A stretch of DNA of 64,000 bases from an uncultured delta proteobacterium (GCA_963745835.1 CAVUZH010000014.1:544001-608000), one strand, 5' to 3'; counted from the first letter of the stretch, positions 10,039 to 25,293 are shown. Numbers and translations are program-made. The notes: generated by a model from the letters alone, not told the origin.

Positions 10039-10542
10039 TTACTTAGGCGTGAGCAGCATCGCCATGTTCCGGCCTTCCAAGCGCGGCTCGATATCCACTT
10101 TGGCAATGTCTTGTATCTGCTCGACTACTTTGCGCAACGCCTGCCGACCCAGCTCCGGATGCGTAATCTCGCGGCCCCGGAAAAAGACCGACACTTTGAC
10201 TCGTTGACCCTTCTCGATAAACTGCCGGATGTTGCGCACCTTGTGTTCCACATCATGGGCATCTGTGCGCGAGCCCATCTTAACCTCTTTGATTTCAACC
10301 ACGGTGTGCTTCTTCGGTCCGTGGGTCTTCTTTCTTTGCTGGTACCGGAATTTTCCGTAGTCCATCATACGGCAGACCGGCGGTTGAGCTTCTGGCGCGA
10401 CTTCGACCAGATCTAAGCCTAGGGCATCGACTTGCCTTAAGGCCTCGTGCAGCGGCAGAATGCCAAGTTGTTCGCCTTGCGCCCCGATGACACGAACCTC
10501 ACGGGCCCGGATTTGATGATTGATTCTCGCGTCTCTAGCGAT
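10039..10542 (-). CDS. infC: translation initiation factor IF-3 (non-canonical ATC start)
   Basis: frame open upstream of the listed ORF: GGAGG-N6-ATC GCT AGA GAC GCG AGA ATC AAT (xARDARINHQIRAREVRVI); MDYGKFRY, FRGREITH. Confidence 0.92.
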   Translation of the reverse strand: MARDARINHQIRAREVRVIGAQGEQLGILPLHEALRQVDALGLDLVEVAPEAQPPVCRMMDYGKFRYQQRKKTHGPKKHTVVEIKEVKMGSRTDAHDVEHKVRNIRQFIEKGQRVKVSVFFRGREITHPELGRQALRKVVEQIQDIAKVDIEPRLEGRNMAMLLTPK

Positions 10543-10577
10543 AAGACACCTCCGTGATGTAAAAGCCGCTCATATTC

Positions 10578-12512
10578 TTATGCCTCTCCCCTTTCCTGTG
10601 CAACTTCAGATTTTAGTCTCTCGATAAATTCATTCAAAGGCATCGGCGCTAGATTTTCTCCGCCTCTGCGCCGCGGCGCCACGGTCTGGGCTTGGACCTC
10701 GCTGTCGCCGATGACAATCGCATAGGGAATTTTGGCCAGCTGGGCTTCGCGGATCTTATAGCCAAGTTTTTCGTTGCGCTCATCCAACTCGACGCGCCAG
10801 CCTGCATCTTTCAATTCCGTAAAAACTTCGCGCGCGTAATCGAGCTGCTGCTCTGTGACTGTGACGATCTTGAGCTGCACTGGAGCCAGCCATAAGGGAA
10901 AATTGCCGGCATGGTGTTCGATCAGAAAAGCCGTCATACGTTCCATCGTGCTGATAACGCCCCGGTGAATCATGACCGGACGTTTGTATTGACCGTCTTT
11001 ATCGACGTATTCGAGCTCGAAACGTTCTGGAAGATAGAAATCGAGTTGTACCGTCGAGAGAGTTTCGCTGTGCCCGAGCACGTCGTTTAATTGCACGTCG
11101 ATTTTAGGACCGTAATAGGCCGCCTCGCCGGGAGCTTCCTTATAAGGAACGCCGACCTCAGCCAATGCCTGCCGTAGATACTCTTCCGCCGTATCCCACA
11201 TGGCATCGTTATCGACGAAGTTGATCTTATCCTTGGGATTACGAAGAGACAGCCGGTACCAATATTCCTTGAACCCGAAATCGCGATACACGCGTTGGAT
11301 CAGTCGTATAACACCTACGGCTTCCGCTTGAATCTGTTCAGGAAGGCAAAAGATGTGAGCGTCATTCAATGTCATCGCTCTCACTCGCGACAAGCCGGAA
11401 AGCGCGCCTGAGCGTTCATAGCGATACATGGTGCCCAGTTCGGCGAGCCTAATGGGCAAATTGCGGTAGCTGTGCAGCTCATGCTTATAGATAATGATGT
11501 GGTGCGGACAATTCATTGGTCGCAGAACCAATTCTTCTTTATTCTCGAATGCCATGGGCGGGTACATGTTGTCTTTGAAGTGATCCCAATGGCCTGATCT
11601 CTTATAGAGATCGACGCGCGCGAGTTGTGGCGTATTAACGTGCTGATACCCAAGACTCCGCTCGATATCGACGATATAACGCTCCAGAATTGAACGCAGC
11701 AGCGCTCCTTTCGGTAGCCATATGGGAAGTCCGGGACCAATGGCGTCTGAAATCATGAAAAGACCGAGCTCTTGGCCGAGTTTTCGGTGATCGCGTTTTT
11801 TCGCTTCTTCAACTAGCCGCAGGTATTCTTTAAGTGCCGGCTTCGTGGGCCACGCAGTTCCGTAGATCCGTTGCAACATCTCGTTCTTTTCATCGCCGCG
11901 CCAATAGGCTCCGGCAACGCCAGTGATCTTAAATGCCTTTAGCTTTCCAGTGGAAGGCACGTGCGGCCCACGACATAAATCGATCCAATCACCCTGGCGA
12001 TAAAGCGAAACCAAATCCTCCGTGATGCCTTCGATTATGGAGACTTTGTAGTCCTCGCCCATGCGCCGAAACATCTCGATGGCTTGCGCCTTCGGCATTT
12101 CCTCGCGAGTTACCTTCAGGTTCGCTCTGGCCAATTCTTCCATGCGCTGTTCGATTTTCGCGATTTCTTCCGGCGTAAAGGGTGTTTCTCGCTTGAAATC
12201 GTAATAAAACCCATCTTGGATCGTGGGCCCAATGGTGACCTGAGTTCCCGGGAATAGGCTCTGCACGGCCTGCGCCATCAGATGGGCGGTTGAATGCCGC
12301 AACACATCGAGGCCCTCGGGACTGTCGATGCTAACCCATTCGAGCGAGCAATCCTCATCGAGGGCTCGACTCAGGTCCACAGGAGAACCGTTGAGTTTCG
12401 CGGCTATGATGCCGCCATCGACGCTCAGCAACGATGCCAGCTCGTAAATTCGAGAACCACGGCGAATCTCCACGGATTTGCCGTCGCTTAATGTTACGCG
12501 AACACTGTCCAT
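10578..12512 (-). CDS. thrS: threonyl-tRNA synthetase
   Basis: TGS domain, RHSTAHLMA, DLCRGPH, RDHRKLG, RPMNCPHH, YGPKID. Confidence 0.97.
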   Translation of the reverse strand: MDSVRVTLSDGKSVEIRRGSRIYELASLLSVDGGIIAAKLNGSPVDLSRALDEDCSLEWVSIDSPEGLDVLRHSTAHLMAQAVQSLFPGTQVTIGPTIQDGFYYDFKRETPFTPEEIAKIEQRMEELARANLKVTREEMPKAQAIEMFRRMGEDYKVSIIEGITEDLVSLYRQGDWIDLCRGPHVPSTGKLKAFKITGVAGAYWRGDEKNEMLQRIYGTAWPTKPALKEYLRLVEEAKKRDHRKLGQELGLFMISDAIGPGLPIWLPKGALLRSILERYIVDIERSLGYQHVNTPQLARVDLYKRSGHWDHFKDNMYPPMAFENKEELVLRPMNCPHHIIIYKHELHSYRNLPIRLAELGTMYRYERSGALSGLSRVRAMTLNDAHIFCLPEQIQAEAVGVIRLIQRVYRDFGFKEYWYRLSLRNPKDKINFVDNDAMWDTAEEYLRQALAEVGVPYKEAPGEAAYYGPKIDVQLNDVLGHSETLSTVQLDFYLPERFELEYVDKDGQYKRPVMIHRGVISTMERMTAFLIEHHAGNFPLWLAPVQLKIVTVTEQQLDYAREVFTELKDAGWRVELDERNEKLGYKIREAQLAKIPYAIVIGDSEVQAQTVAPRRRGGENLAPMPLNEFIERLKSEVAQERGEA

Positions 12513-12529
12513 CCGATGTTAAGTGAGTA

Positions 12530-12604
12530 TGGTAGGCACGGGCAGGATTGAACTGCCGACCTCTTCCGTGTCAAGGAAGCGCTCTCCCACTGAGCTACGT
12601 GCCT
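12530..12604 (-). tRNA. tRNA-Val(GAC)
   Basis: AGGCACGTAGCTCAGTGGGAGAGC; anticodon arm CTTCC-TTGACAC-GGAAG; GTTCAATCC; encoded CCA. Confidence 0.97.
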
Positions 12605-12740
12605 GTAAAGCTTGGCAAGATGATCTGCGAAGGGCAATCATTGACATAAGTACGTTTGTCCAACCGGCCTCACACACTATCCGCTGAAATTTAGATGAAG
12701 TGCAAGAACCTGATTTCATTATCAATTCCATTGCGATATG

Positions 12741-13307
12741 TCAACTAATTCGACTGATGGATGGGGCTTTATTCTGTAACCAGAGAAAGCCACGATAAAT
12801 GTACTGCACGCCGGAGAGAACCGTTAGAACCGCCGTAGAGCCGATCAAAATATCCCGCATCAAGGGATTCATCAGCTTCGGGTTATGCAGCAGAGCCAAA
12901 GCGACACCCAAGGTTAAGAGCTGCAATAAAGTACTCCATTTACCGATCAGACTCGGCTTCACTTCAGGACGTTCATCGGTCAGGAAAACAATGATGCCGT
13001 AACCAGTGATGATCAAAACGTCTCGGCTCACCACTATGATCGCCAGCCACATGGGAACGCCGCCAATCAAACCGAGCACGATGAACGAGGTTATCACCAG
13101 CAACTTGTCCGCGATGGGATCGAGATAAGCTCCTAGAGGAGTCTGCTGCTTCATCAGCCTTGCCGCGAGGCCGTCGAGGAAGTCGGTGATGCCGCCGATG
13201 ATAAAAATGATCAGCGCTTCGAGATAACGATGATAAGAAAGATAGACAAGAAAAAAAGGGATGCTCAAAATCCGAATCAGGGTCAGAAAGTTAGGCAGAT
13301 TTAGCAT
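12741..13307 (-). CDS. pgsA: CDP-alcohol phosphatidyltransferase (PgsA-like)
   Basis: NLPNFLTLIR, TDFLDGLAAR...GAYLDPIADK. Confidence 0.85.
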   Translation of the reverse strand: MLNLPNFLTLIRILSIPFFLVYLSYHRYLEALIIFIIGGITDFLDGLAARLMKQQTPLGAYLDPIADKLLVITSFIVLGLIGGVPMWLAIIVVSRDVLIITGYGIIVFLTDERPEVKPSLIGKWSTLLQLLTLGVALALLHNPKLMNPLMRDILIGSTAVLTVLSGVQYIYRGFLWLQNKAPSISRIS

Positions 13308-13313
13308 CCTGGC

Positions 13314-14615
13314 CTAACGATCTCCATCGCTCTTAGCGTTGTTGCGCGCCAGTTTTCGCATCTGCCCAGCGAGCTTCGGTGTTACCATCGCGGTGATATG
13401 AACCCGATCGTTTTCGTAAATCTCGTTCTCGACTCGACCTCGCTCCCGCAGGAGCGACAACAAAGCTCCTTGGGAAGTTGAAAGCGACAGGTGAATCTTT
13501 TCTTTGCCTCGATCTAGATGCGTGCCGATAACATTGAGAAGCGCCTCCACTCCCTCGCCGGTGACGGCAGAAATCGGACACACGTCTTCGCTGCCCCGAT
13601 TTTTGAACAGGTGCTGTGGTGGCCCGGGCAGCAAGTCGATCTTGTTCGGAACGATGATTGTCGGAATATCGCCGGCGCCAATTTCTCCGAGCACTTCTTC
13701 GATAACTTGAATCTGCTCGTCAACGAGGGGACTGCTCATGTCGACCAGGTGCAACAGTAAATCGGCGCTCATAACCTCTTCCAGTGTGCTCTTGAAAGCT
13801 TCGATCAACGAATGCGGGATTTTATTGATAAAGCCAACCGTGTCGGCGATCATCACTTTATCTCCGTTGGGCAGGCGCAATGACCGAATCGTAGGATCCA
13901 AAGTCGCGAAGAGTTTATCCTCGACCAGGACCCCCGCACTAGTAAGGGCATTCATCAAGGTCGATTTGCCGGCATTTGTGTAACCAACAAGCGCAATAGT
14001 GGCAAACGGCACATTGTCACGCTCTTTGCGCTGCAAAGAACGGGTGCGCTCAACGGTTTTTAGCCGACGCTTCAAGTGACCTATTTTTTCGCGAATGCGC
14101 CGGCGGTCCACTTCAAGCTGGGTTTCACCCGGTCCTCGTGTCCCGATACCGCCGCCGAGCCGCGAAAGGTGTGTCCACTGGCGCGTGAGGCGCGGCAGGA
14201 GATATTCCAGTTGAGCCAACTCAACCTGAAGTTTACCTTCATTGCTTCGGGCTCTTTGGGCAAAAATATCAAGTATTAGTTGACTGCGATCGATGACCCG
14301 AACTTTAAAAGCCGATTCGAGATTGCGCTGTTGAGCCGGAGTTAAATCTTCATCAAAGATGACTAGGTCGGGATGAAGTTCGTCTACCTTGGCGTGAATC
14401 TGATCGACTTTGCCTCGGCCCACCAATGTAGCAGGCGTGATGCTTCTCAGTTGTTGAGTAAATTTTTCCGCTACTTCGGCTCCGGCAGTTTGAGCTAAAC
14501 TCTCAAGCTCCTCCAGGCTGTATTCGAGGGATATTTTATGATCGTTCGACGGCAGCTCGACGCCAACCAGAACGGCGCGCTCTTTGCGCTGCTGGTTAGA
14601 GTGGAACCTCATCAA
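13314..14615 (-). CDS. hflX: ribosome-splitting GTPase HflX
   Basis: [49 protein letters not shown]. Confidence 0.96.
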   Translation of the reverse strand: MMRFHSNQQRKERAVLVGVELPSNDHKISLEYSLEELESLAQTAGAEVAEKFTQQLRSITPATLVGRGKVDQIHAKVDELHPDLVIFDEDLTPAQQRNLESAFKVRVIDRSQLILDIFAQRARSNEGKLQVELAQLEYLLPRLTRQWTHLSRLGGGIGTRGPGETQLEVDRRRIREKIGHLKRRLKTVERTRSLQRKERDNVPFATIALVGYTNAGKSTLMNALTSAGVLVEDKLFATLDPTIRSLRLPNGDKVMIADTVGFINKIPHSLIEAFKSTLEEVMSADLLLHLVDMSSPLVDEQIQVIEEVLGEIGAGDIPTIIVPNKIDLLPGPPQHLFKNRGSEDVCPISAVTGEGVEALLNVIGTHLDRGKEKIHLSLSTSQGALLSLLRERGRVENEIYENDRVHITAMVTPKLAGQMRKLARNNAKSDGDR

Positions 14616-17600
14616 GATTCTAAGGAACGAAAGCTAATTCGAGGACCGAAAAGCCTTGAAACAATAGTCTCTAATTCGGGGCCGGACGCAACCCGGATCT
14701 GATCTGGCAGCTCAATTAAAGTTTCGCTAACCCCGGCGAGAAGATGGAGAATGACAGGAGAGGAGCCGGGGCAATTCAGCAAAGCCTCGCGCAGTTGCAC
14801 CAAGTCTTGCGCGGAAGTTTCCGATTCATGCACATACAGATGCACTCGCTCACCGCTGCCATTCCGACTAGAGCTGCCATTGCTAAGCGCGCGAACCTTT
14901 GCAGCCGCTTCGGACAGCGGCATGATTTCAGTGGCGATTATCTGCATGCGATCTTCGCCGACCTCAAGTTTTCCTTTGATAAAAATCGGATCGTCGGAGC
15001 CTAAAAGCTCCGCGCTTTTCTTGTAAATCTCGGGCCACGCAATCACTTCCAGAAAGCCGGTTTTATCTTCCAAATTGAAGCTGCCGTAGCGATCGCCTTT
15101 CTTGGTATTTCTTAGCTTCAGCGCCGACACTACGCCCGCCAGCTTAACCTCGCCGGCCACCGGTCTTTCTTTGATGCCCGCAGCGGTGCCGCTGATAACT
15201 CTTTTTATCACTCGATCATATTTATCTAAAGGGTGCCCAGTAATGTAGAAACCAAGCGCTTCCTTTTCAAAGACCAACAATTCCTGCTGCGACCATTCTT
15301 TTACCTGCGGATAAACATCACCTGGACGGTTTGGCCCCTTGCCGGGAGTGCCCAACAAACTGAAAATGTCGATCTGATTACTTGCTTCATCGCGCTGATG
15401 CGCTTGGCCCGCCCTAATAGCCTCGTCCAACGCGCCGATCATGCGTGCCCGTGAAACTTGGGTTGAATCGAAAGCGCCGCAGTTGATCAGATTTTCGATA
15501 ACCCGGCGGTTCACCGCCGTCAGGTCGACCCGCCGACAGAAATCGAAAAGCGATTGGAAGGCGCCCTCTCGCCGGCGACTCTCCAGAATCACCTCCACCG
15601 CTTTTTCACCGACACTCTTTACCGCCGCCAGGCCAAAGCGCACCTTGGCTCCCACCGGGGTGAAATCGGAGCGGCTCTCGTTGATATCGGGCGCAAGAAC
15701 TTCTATGCCCTTCTCTCTGCACTCCGCAAGATTTTTGATGACTTTGTCTGTGTCGCCCATCTCTGAAGTCATCAGCGCCGCCATGAACTCGACTGGATAA
15801 TGGCTCTTTAAATAGGCAGTCTGATACGAGACCAGCGCGTAGGCCGCCGAGTGAGATTTATTGAAACCATAGCGGGCAAAGGTTTCCATTTGATCGAAGA
15901 TCTCTGTGGCGGTCTTCTCGTCGATGTTTTTCTTGCGCGCGCCTTCGACAAACCTTTCCCGCTGGGCGGCCATTTCCTCAGGATCCTTTTTGCCCATGGC
16001 GCGCCGCAGGATATCGGCGTCCCCCATGGTATAATCGCCGAGGATTTGAGCAATCTGCATCACCTGTTCCTGATAGACGATGACGCCGTAGGTGTCTTTA
16101 AGGACCGGTTCCAGATGTGGATGCAAATATTTGAAATTCTCTTTGCCATGCTTGCGCTTGATGTATTCTTCAGCCATGCCGCTGTCCAAAGGACCTGGCC
16201 GATACAGCGCTAGAATCGCCACCAGATCTTCAAAGCAATTGGGGCGTATCTTGACCGTCATTTCGCGAATACCGGTGCTTTCCAGCTGGAATACTCCAGT
16301 GGTGTTGCCCTTACAAAGCAGCCGGTAGGTTTTCTTGTCGTCTAATGGGAGTCGTTCAAGATCGATCTTCACACTCTGGGTCGACTCGATCAGCTTGAGG
16401 CAATCATGAATCAACGTCAGTGTCTTCAAACCGAGAAAGTCAAACTTTACCAGCCCGATTTTTTCGACACAGCTCATGTCGAATTGAGTTACGATGCCAC
16501 CGTCCTTATCGACAAATAGCGGCAGATGATCGACCAACGGTAAATTCGAAAGCACGACGCCCGCTGCGTGCGTCGAAGCGTGCCGCACCAAACCTTCTAA
16601 ACGTAGAGCGTGCTCGATCAACGTCTTGACCCGGGGATCGCTCTTCATCAACTCCGGCAATCGCGGTTCCATTTTCATGGACTCCGTCAGTGGATAATCA
16701 AATCCCTGTTTTGGCGCTGGGATCAATTTTGCGATCATATCGGTTTCGGCAAAGGTAAACCCAAGCGCGCGGCCGACATCTTTGATGGCCGCCTTGGCTT
16801 TCAAAGTTCCGAAAGTCGCGATCTGTGCGACTCGGTCGGCGCCGTACTTGTCCTTGACATACTGAATCACCTGCGCTCTGCCGCGAATGCAGAAATCGAC
16901 GTCGATATCAGGCATCGAGCGGCGCTCGGGATTGAGGAACCGCTCGAACAGCAAAACGTGACGAATAGGATCCAAGTCGGTGATTTTGAGCGCGTAAGCC
17001 ACCAGACTACCGGCCGACGAGCCGCGTCCCGGTCCAACCGGGATCCCGTTCTGTTTCGCATAGTTGATAAAATCGGCAACGACGAGAAAGTAGCCCGGGA
17101 ACTGCATTCGCTTGATAACTCCGAGCTCGTATTCAAGTCGCTCTAAGTAGCTGGCTCGGAGCTCGGGCTCCTCGATATCCGCAAGTCTCTCTTTGAGACC
17201 ACTGCGGGCGAGTTCGTCCAGATAATCGTCTAGGCTGATCTCTTTGGGAGGGGTGTATGTTGGAAAATGATATTTGCCGAATTCCATTTCGACATGGCAG
17301 CGCTCGGCAATTTCTAACGTTCGCTCCACGGCGCCCGGACAGTAGTCGAATCCGCCAATCATTTCTTCCGCTGACTTAAGATAAAGCTCATCGGTCTCGA
17401 GCTTGAGCCGATTATCGTCGGTAACTGTTTTGCCGGTCTGCACGCAAAGAAGAACATCGTGCGCGTGAAAGTCATCACGCTCTCCATAGTGGCAATCGTT
17501 AGTCGCCACGACCGGGATTGATAAGTCTCTGGCCATTTCAACCAGCAATCGATTGACCTTCTCCTGTTCCGCCAGCTTGTTGTCTTGAATTTCTATGTAG

Positions 17601-18136
17601 TAGCGATCGCCGAAGATCGATAGATAGCTCTCTGCTGCGGTTTTGGCTTTTTCGACATTGCCGGAACTCAGCGCCTGGGAGACTTCGCCTTGCAGGCAGG
17701 CGCTCAGCGCAATCAAGCCGCCGTTAAGTTCCTTGAGCAATTCTTTGTCTATGCGCGGCTTGTAGTAAAACCCTTCCATGTAGCCCAGGGAGACCAACTT
17801 GCAGAGATTACGGTACCCGTCCCGGTTCATGGCCAAAAGGATCAGATGATTGTTGTACTCTTTGGGTCCTCTATCGACGCCTTTTTTTTCGAACCGACTA
17901 GTCGGCGCAACATAAATTTCGCAGCCGATGATCGGCTTGATACCATGGCTAATCGCCTCACGATAAAATTCGACGGCGCCAAACATGTTGCCATGATCAG
18001 TCATAGCCACCGCCGGCTGCTTGAGCATCTTTATGCGTTGAAATAGCTTGTCGACCTTATTGGCGCCATCAAGCAAACTGTATTCGGTGTGACAGTGAAG
18101 ATGTACGAAACCAGAGTGTTCCATTGCGGTACTCAT
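14612..18136 (-). CDS. dnaE: DNA polymerase III alpha subunit
   Basis: PHP domain [42 protein letters not shown]; no intein evident. Confidence 0.97.
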   Translation of the reverse strand: MSTAMEHSGFVHLHCHTEYSLLDGANKVDKLFQRIKMLKQPAVAMTDHGNMFGAVEFYREAISHGIKPIIGCEIYVAPTSRFEKKGVDRGPKEYNNHLILLAMNRDGYRNLCKLVSLGYMEGFYYKPRIDKELLKELNGGLIALSACLQGEVSQALSSGNVEKAKTAAESYLSIFGDRYYIEIQDNKLAEQEKVNRLLVEMARDLSIPVVATNDCHYGERDDFHAHDVLLCVQTGKTVTDDNRLKLETDELYLKSAEEMIGGFDYCPGAVERTLEIAERCHVEMEFGKYHFPTYTPPKEISLDDYLDELARSGLKERLADIEEPELRASYLERLEYELGVIKRMQFPGYFLVVADFINYAKQNGIPVGPGRGSSAGSLVAYALKITDLDPIRHVLLFERFLNPERRSMPDIDVDFCIRGRAQVIQYVKDKYGADRVAQIATFGTLKAKAAIKDVGRALGFTFAETDMIAKLIPAPKQGFDYPLTESMKMEPRLPELMKSDPRVKTLIEHALRLEGLVRHASTHAAGVVLSNLPLVDHLPLFVDKDGGIVTQFDMSCVEKIGLVKFDFLGLKTLTLIHDCLKLIESTQSVKIDLERLPLDDKKTYRLLCKGNTTGVFQLESTGIREMTVKIRPNCFEDLVAILALYRPGPLDSGMAEEYIKRKHGKENFKYLHPHLEPVLKDTYGVIVYQEQVMQIAQILGDYTMGDADILRRAMGKKDPEEMAAQRERFVEGARKKNIDEKTATEIFDQMETFARYGFNKSHSAAYALVSYQTAYLKSHYPVEFMAALMTSEMGDTDKVIKNLAECREKGIEVLAPDINESRSDFTPVGAKVRFGLAAVKSVGEKAVEVILESRRREGAFQSLFDFCRRVDLTAVNRRVIENLINCGAFDSTQVSRARMIGALDEAIRAGQAHQRDEASNQIDIFSLLGTPGKGPNRPGDVYPQVKEWSQQELLVFEKEALGFYITGHPLDKYDRVIKRVISGTAAGIKERPVAGEVKLAGVVSALKLRNTKKGDRYGSFNLEDKTGFLEVIAWPEIYKKSAELLGSDDPIFIKGKLEVGEDRMQIIATEIMPLSEAAAKVRALSNGSSSRNGSGERVHLYVHESETSAQDLVQLREALLNCPGSSPVILHLLAGVSETLIELPDQIRVASGPELETIVSRLFGPRISFRSLES

Positions 18137-18185
18137 GACTTAGCACAATGGCAGCAACCCGACAATTCGATGATGCAATTTCGCT

Positions 18186-18614
18186 TCACGACCCGCTTCC
18201 CCGTTCCGGCCAAAGCCCGTCTTCAAGAAAATCCCCTAGAATTCCACGAAGAATATTTGCGAACTTGAGGCGATCTAATTCATCGGCTCCAAGGCTCATC
18301 AGTCGCTGTCCCTCATTCAGTGTGAGCTGCGCGGACGATTGATCGATTTGCGCCCAATAGATGTGTTTGATATTCGGATAAACGTCGCCTCGGGTGCAAT
18401 AATAAACCCGAAACAAATTCCATCGCCTTAATAGGACTCCCACCTCTTCTCTCACTTCCCGCACCAGAGCCTGTTCGGGAGTCTCGCCAGTTTCCAAATG
18501 GCCGCCAAAGAGATCCCATTGATTCGGGAAAGGAATGGCCGGGTTATCGTCGCGAAGGTAAACCACTAAGCGGCTATTGCAGTCGAACAGCAGAACCTGT
18601 GAAATCTCTTTCAT
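18186..18614 (-). CDS. NUDIX hydrolase
   Basis: Nudix box GGHLETGETPEQALVREVREEVG. Confidence 0.88.
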   Translation of the reverse strand: MKEISQVLLFDCNSRLVVYLRDDNPAIPFPNQWDLFGGHLETGETPEQALVREVREEVGVLLRRWNLFRVYYCTRGDVYPNIKHIYWAQIDQSSAQLTLNEGQRLMSLGADELDRLKFANILRGILGDFLEDGLWPERGSGS

Positions 18615-18658
18615 CAATGAACCGACGCCTGTCAATCAAATCGAGTGGTAAGCGACGG

Positions 18659-21657
<2,999 letters not shown>

Positions 21658-21821
21658 TCACCTCCGAGCAAGATTAATAGAACCGAGATTCTGGGCTGAC
21701 AATATGGCGTGATCGATCGACTCGCGACAACCATAGAATCTTATACCAGGAAACCTCTTATCAGACAAACTAGTCGCTTTATTGTGGCACTATTTCTAAT
21801 GTGCTAATTACGGCGACAGGT

Positions 21822-22055
21822 ATGCCGCTTTACGAATACGAATGCTCTAAAGGTCATCGCTTCGAAGCGATTCAAAAAGTCAACGATAAGCCGCTCCGGA
21901 AGTGCATGACCTGCGCTGCCGCCGCCAGACGGGCGATCTCTCGACCCACCCTACTCCACAATCGCGGCGTCCATGTCTTCGATCGGGTTACCAAAGATGA
22001 CGCTTTACGCGCGCGGCCATCGTCGCTGAAGTCTTTCAAGAAAGATAAATTCTAG
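21822..22055 (+). CDS. FmdB-family zinc-ribbon protein
   Basis: MPLYEYECSKGHRFE...CMTC. Confidence 0.8.
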   Translation: MPLYEYECSKGHRFEAIQKVNDKPLRKCMTCAAAARRAISRPTLLHNRGVHVFDRVTKDDALRARPSSLKSFKKDKF

Positions 22056-22208
22056 CAGGCTGCTGAAAAGACCCATATGCTTCGTTGCCGCTCAATCGCC
22101 CTCGCTGCAACGTACTGTAAGTACGCCTTCGCTCGTCGATTTTTCGCGCGCCTCGCACCTGGATTTTTTTGAGCAGCTGCTAGAGGCTTTTTTTCAGCAC
22201 CCTGGTAG
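22052..22208 (+). repeat. MITE-like dispersed repeat, full copy
   Basis: left end CTAGCAGGCTGCTGAAAAG; inverted right ends TTTTTGAGCAGCTGCTAG and TTTTTCAGCACCCTGGTAG; homologous to 36259-36332 and 43003-43052. Confidence 0.7.
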
Positions 22209-22248
22209 TTGTTATCCTGTGATGCCTTTGCTAGCGTAGCGCCGGCTT

Positions 22249-23772
22249 ATGCTAGCGAAGATCAACAGCGCCGCGCTATACGGCATCGACGCCTTGCGCG
22301 TCGAAGTCGAAATCGATCTCGCCTCCGGCCTGCCCCAGCTCGCTACAGTGGGACTGCCTGAGGGCGCGGTCAAAGAAAGCAAAGATCGGATCCGTGCCGC
22401 GCTCAAGAACTGCGGCTATACTTTTCCCGCCAAGCGCATCACGATTAATCTTGCGCCCGCCGATATCAAGAAGGAAGGTTCGGCGTACGACCTACCGATG
22501 GCTATCGGTATTCTTGCGGCGGAAGGCTCGGTCGATAAAAATCTCATCAACGATTATTTCCTCATCGGCGAGCTATCGCTCGACGGCGCGATCAAGCCTG
22601 TGCGGGGCGCTTTGCCCATCGCCATGGCGGCGAAAAGAGAACATGTCAGAGGGCTGATCCTGCCCAAGCACAATGCACCTGAGGCCGCAGTCGTCAGCGA
22701 GGTCGAAGTTCTTGGGGTCAGTGACCTTCCTGAAGTCGTGGAATTTTTGAATGGTCGCCGCGCGCTTGAGCGCACTCATGTCAATCTTGAAGCGCTGTTC
22801 CGCCAGCAATCGCAATACAGCTCGGATTTCACCGATGTCAAAGGCCAGCAGCATGTCAAACGCGCATTAGAAGTTGCCGCAGCCGGAGGCCACAACGTAA
22901 TTATGGTCGGTCCACCCGGCTCGGGTAAGACCATGCTGGCAAACAAACTGCCGACAATCCTGCCAGACCTGACACTTGCCGAAGCGCTCGAAACCACCAA
23001 GATCCACAGCGTCATGGGCCTGCTCAACGGCTCGCCAATCATCGCGACCCGCCCGTTTCGTTACCCGCACCATACCATCTCCGATGCCGGTTTGGTCGGC
23101 GGCGGGACAGTGCCTAAACCCGGCGAGGTATCGCTCGCACACAACGGCGTACTCTTTCTTGACGAACTGCCGGAGTTCAAACGCAACGTCCTCGAGGTCA
23201 TGCGTCAACCCCTCGAGGATGGCAGCATCACCGTCTCACGCGCCATCGGTTCGATCAATTATCCAGCCGGCTTCATGCTGGTCGCCGCCATGAATCCCTG
23301 CCCGTGTGGATTTTTCACCGATCCGCAAAAAGAATGCGTCTGCACGCCGTTACAGATTCAGCGCTACCGTTCCCGGATATCCGGGCCGTTACTAGACCGC
23401 ATCGATATTCAAGTCGAAGTGCCGGCGCTGCGCTACCAGGATCTTGCCAGTAAGGATGCCGGGGAAAGTTCCGATTTGATTCGGCAAAGGGTCAATGCTG
23501 CGCGCGCCATTCAGTTGCAGCGCTTCCAGAAAAGAAACATTCACGGCAATGCGCAAATGGGCGTCCGGGATATTAAGCGCCACTGCGTACTCAAAGAAGA
23601 TGCCGAGAAGCTCCTGGAAAACGCAATCAACCGGCTGGGCCTCAGCGCCCGTGCCTACAGCCGCGTGCTCAAAGTCGGCCGCACCATCGCGGATCTCGCG
23701 GGCTCGGAGGAAATCCAAGCGAGTCACATCGCCGAAGCGATTCAGTATCGGAGCTTGGATCGAAGAATGTAA
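22249..23772 (+). CDS. comM: YifB/ComM Mg-chelatase-like AAA+ ATPase
   Basis: [57 protein letters not shown]. Confidence 0.93.
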   Translation: MLAKINSAALYGIDALRVEVEIDLASGLPQLATVGLPEGAVKESKDRIRAALKNCGYTFPAKRITINLAPADIKKEGSAYDLPMAIGILAAEGSVDKNLINDYFLIGELSLDGAIKPVRGALPIAMAAKREHVRGLILPKHNAPEAAVVSEVEVLGVSDLPEVVEFLNGRRALERTHVNLEALFRQQSQYSSDFTDVKGQQHVKRALEVAAAGGHNVIMVGPPGSGKTMLANKLPTILPDLTLAEALETTKIHSVMGLLNGSPIIATRPFRYPHHTISDAGLVGGGTVPKPGEVSLAHNGVLFLDELPEFKRNVLEVMRQPLEDGSITVSRAIGSINYPAGFMLVAAMNPCPCGFFTDPQKECVCTPLQIQRYRSRISGPLLDRIDIQVEVPALRYQDLASKDAGESSDLIRQRVNAARAIQLQRFQKRNIHGNAQMGVRDIKRHCVLKEDAEKLLENAINRLGLSARAYSRVLKVGRTIADLAGSEEIQASHIAEAIQYRSLDRRM

Positions 23773-24145
23773 CGAGTACGGGCGATCATTTGGTTTGCAA
23801 TAGCCGTTTACCTGGTCTGGCAGGGTTTTCTCCGAGTCAATCTCGACCTCTTGCAGATCTCATGAACTAGACGCGCGTCTCGTCAACCACACTTATATTG
23901 TTTTGCTATGCGCCTCTGTCACGCATTCCGGCGAACCGTCGCCTTCGCTGAAGCGCCAAAATCTACGCCATACGATCTTCAACTCGTCAGCTGCGCTTCA
24001 ACACGAGAGTAGCAGGTCTTCCTTGATGTGACCTCCAAGCAGCGCACCGGCCCATTTGTTCGAGTTCGGCAAGAAAAAAACCCCGCTAAGAATTACCTCC
24101 ACTCCATACGGTCCCGGCACCGATTTAGAGGAGAATCTTGTGCGT

Positions 24146-24175
24146 TTGACACTTCATTTTATCAGGCGTTAGAGT
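24146..24175 (+). promoter_or_regulatory. putative sigma-70 promoter of the cupin gene
   Basis: TTGACA-N18-TAGAGT. Confidence 0.45.
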
Positions 24176-24237
24176 ACCCAAACTCTGGCGCAAGCACTTC
24201 AGCAGAAGTAATTATTGGCTGAACAGGAGAAAATACG

Positions 24238-25293
24238 ATGAGCGACGGACATTCATTGGTTGAAACTCCCGAGTTGGCGGCCTTACACCGCCGGCTAGCG
24301 GAATATTCGTTGGGAGGACACTGGCAACTCCGAGAAAAAAATCCGGAGCTTGTCGCTCATCTGTGGCCCTGGTCGGTGATTTATTCATGCCTCATGGAGG
24401 CCGGAGACGTTGTCAAACTAGGCGGCATTGATGACGCCGCAAAGCGGCGAACCGTTCAGTTGGTCAATCCATCATTGACCAACAAAAAAGCCACCACCCG
24501 GACTTTGCAGATGTCGATTCAGTTGGTCAAAGCCGGCGAACGCGCGGAGTGTCATCGGCATACCGCTGCCGCGTTGCGATTCGTGGTTGAGGCAGACGGC
24601 ACCGCTTACACCAATGTCGAAGGCGAACAGATGCTGATGGAGCCCGGCGACTTGGTGCTCACGCCCAATTGGACCTGGCACGATCACTTTAATCCAGGAG
24701 ATAATAACGTTGTTTGGCTCGACGTGCTCGATATTCATTTAAGCAACCATCTTGATGCGGTCTTTCAAGAGAACTATGGCGAAGGTCCAGCCCAGCCTAT
24801 CGTCAAGTCAGATGGTTATTGTAAACAGAGGCTGGGCGCGATCCGGCCGCGGGTGAAAAACGCCAGCAACGCGGTACCGTACACGTATAAATGGCGCGAT
24901 ACATTGCGCGCGCTGCAAGACATCGCTGGAGCAGGCGGCAACGACCCGCACGACGGAGTTCTCCTTGAATACGTTCATCCCTTGACCGGCGGTCCGACGA
25001 TGCCGACGATCGGCTGTTGGGTGCAGTGGCTCCGTCCGGGTGAAACCACCAAGCCGCACCGCCACACGAGCAGCACCATTTACCATGTGGTTGAGGGCGA
25101 AGGTATTACGACTGTGGGTCCGAAAAAGACCGCCGGAAAAGAATTAGGTTGGAGATCAAGAGATTGCTTCTTTGTGCCGTCATGGAACTGGCATCAATTT
25201 CAAAACACGTCGAAAAAGGAACCTGCGATCATCTTCTCGGTCACGGACCGGCCCGTATTGGAGAGCTTAGGACTATTCCGGGAAGAAGCCTGA
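24238..25293 (+). CDS. bicupin ring-cleavage dioxygenase (gentisate 1,2-dioxygenase family)
   Basis: HRHTAAALRF, LTPNWTWHDH, GPTMPTI, HRHTSSTIYHV, FVPSWNWH. Confidence 0.85.
   Translation: MSDGHSLVETPELAALHRRLAEYSLGGHWQLREKNPELVAHLWPWSVIYSCLMEAGDVVKLGGIDDAAKRRTVQLVNPSLTNKKATTRTLQMSIQLVKAGERAECHRHTAAALRFVVEADGTAYTNVEGEQMLMEPGDLVLTPNWTWHDHFNPGDNNVVWLDVLDIHLSNHLDAVFQENYGEGPAQPIVKSDGYCKQRLGAIRPRVKNASNAVPYTYKWRDTLRALQDIAGAGGNDPHDGVLLEYVHPLTGGPTMPTIGCWVQWLRPGETTKPHRHTSSTIYHVVEGEGITTVGPKKTAGKELGWRSRDCFFVPSWNWHQFQNTSKKEPAIIFSVTDRPVLESLGLFREEA

Noticed and set aside
14612-18136. Intein in dnaE
   Set aside because: Length (1174 aa) and continuous motifs match an uninterrupted DnaE.
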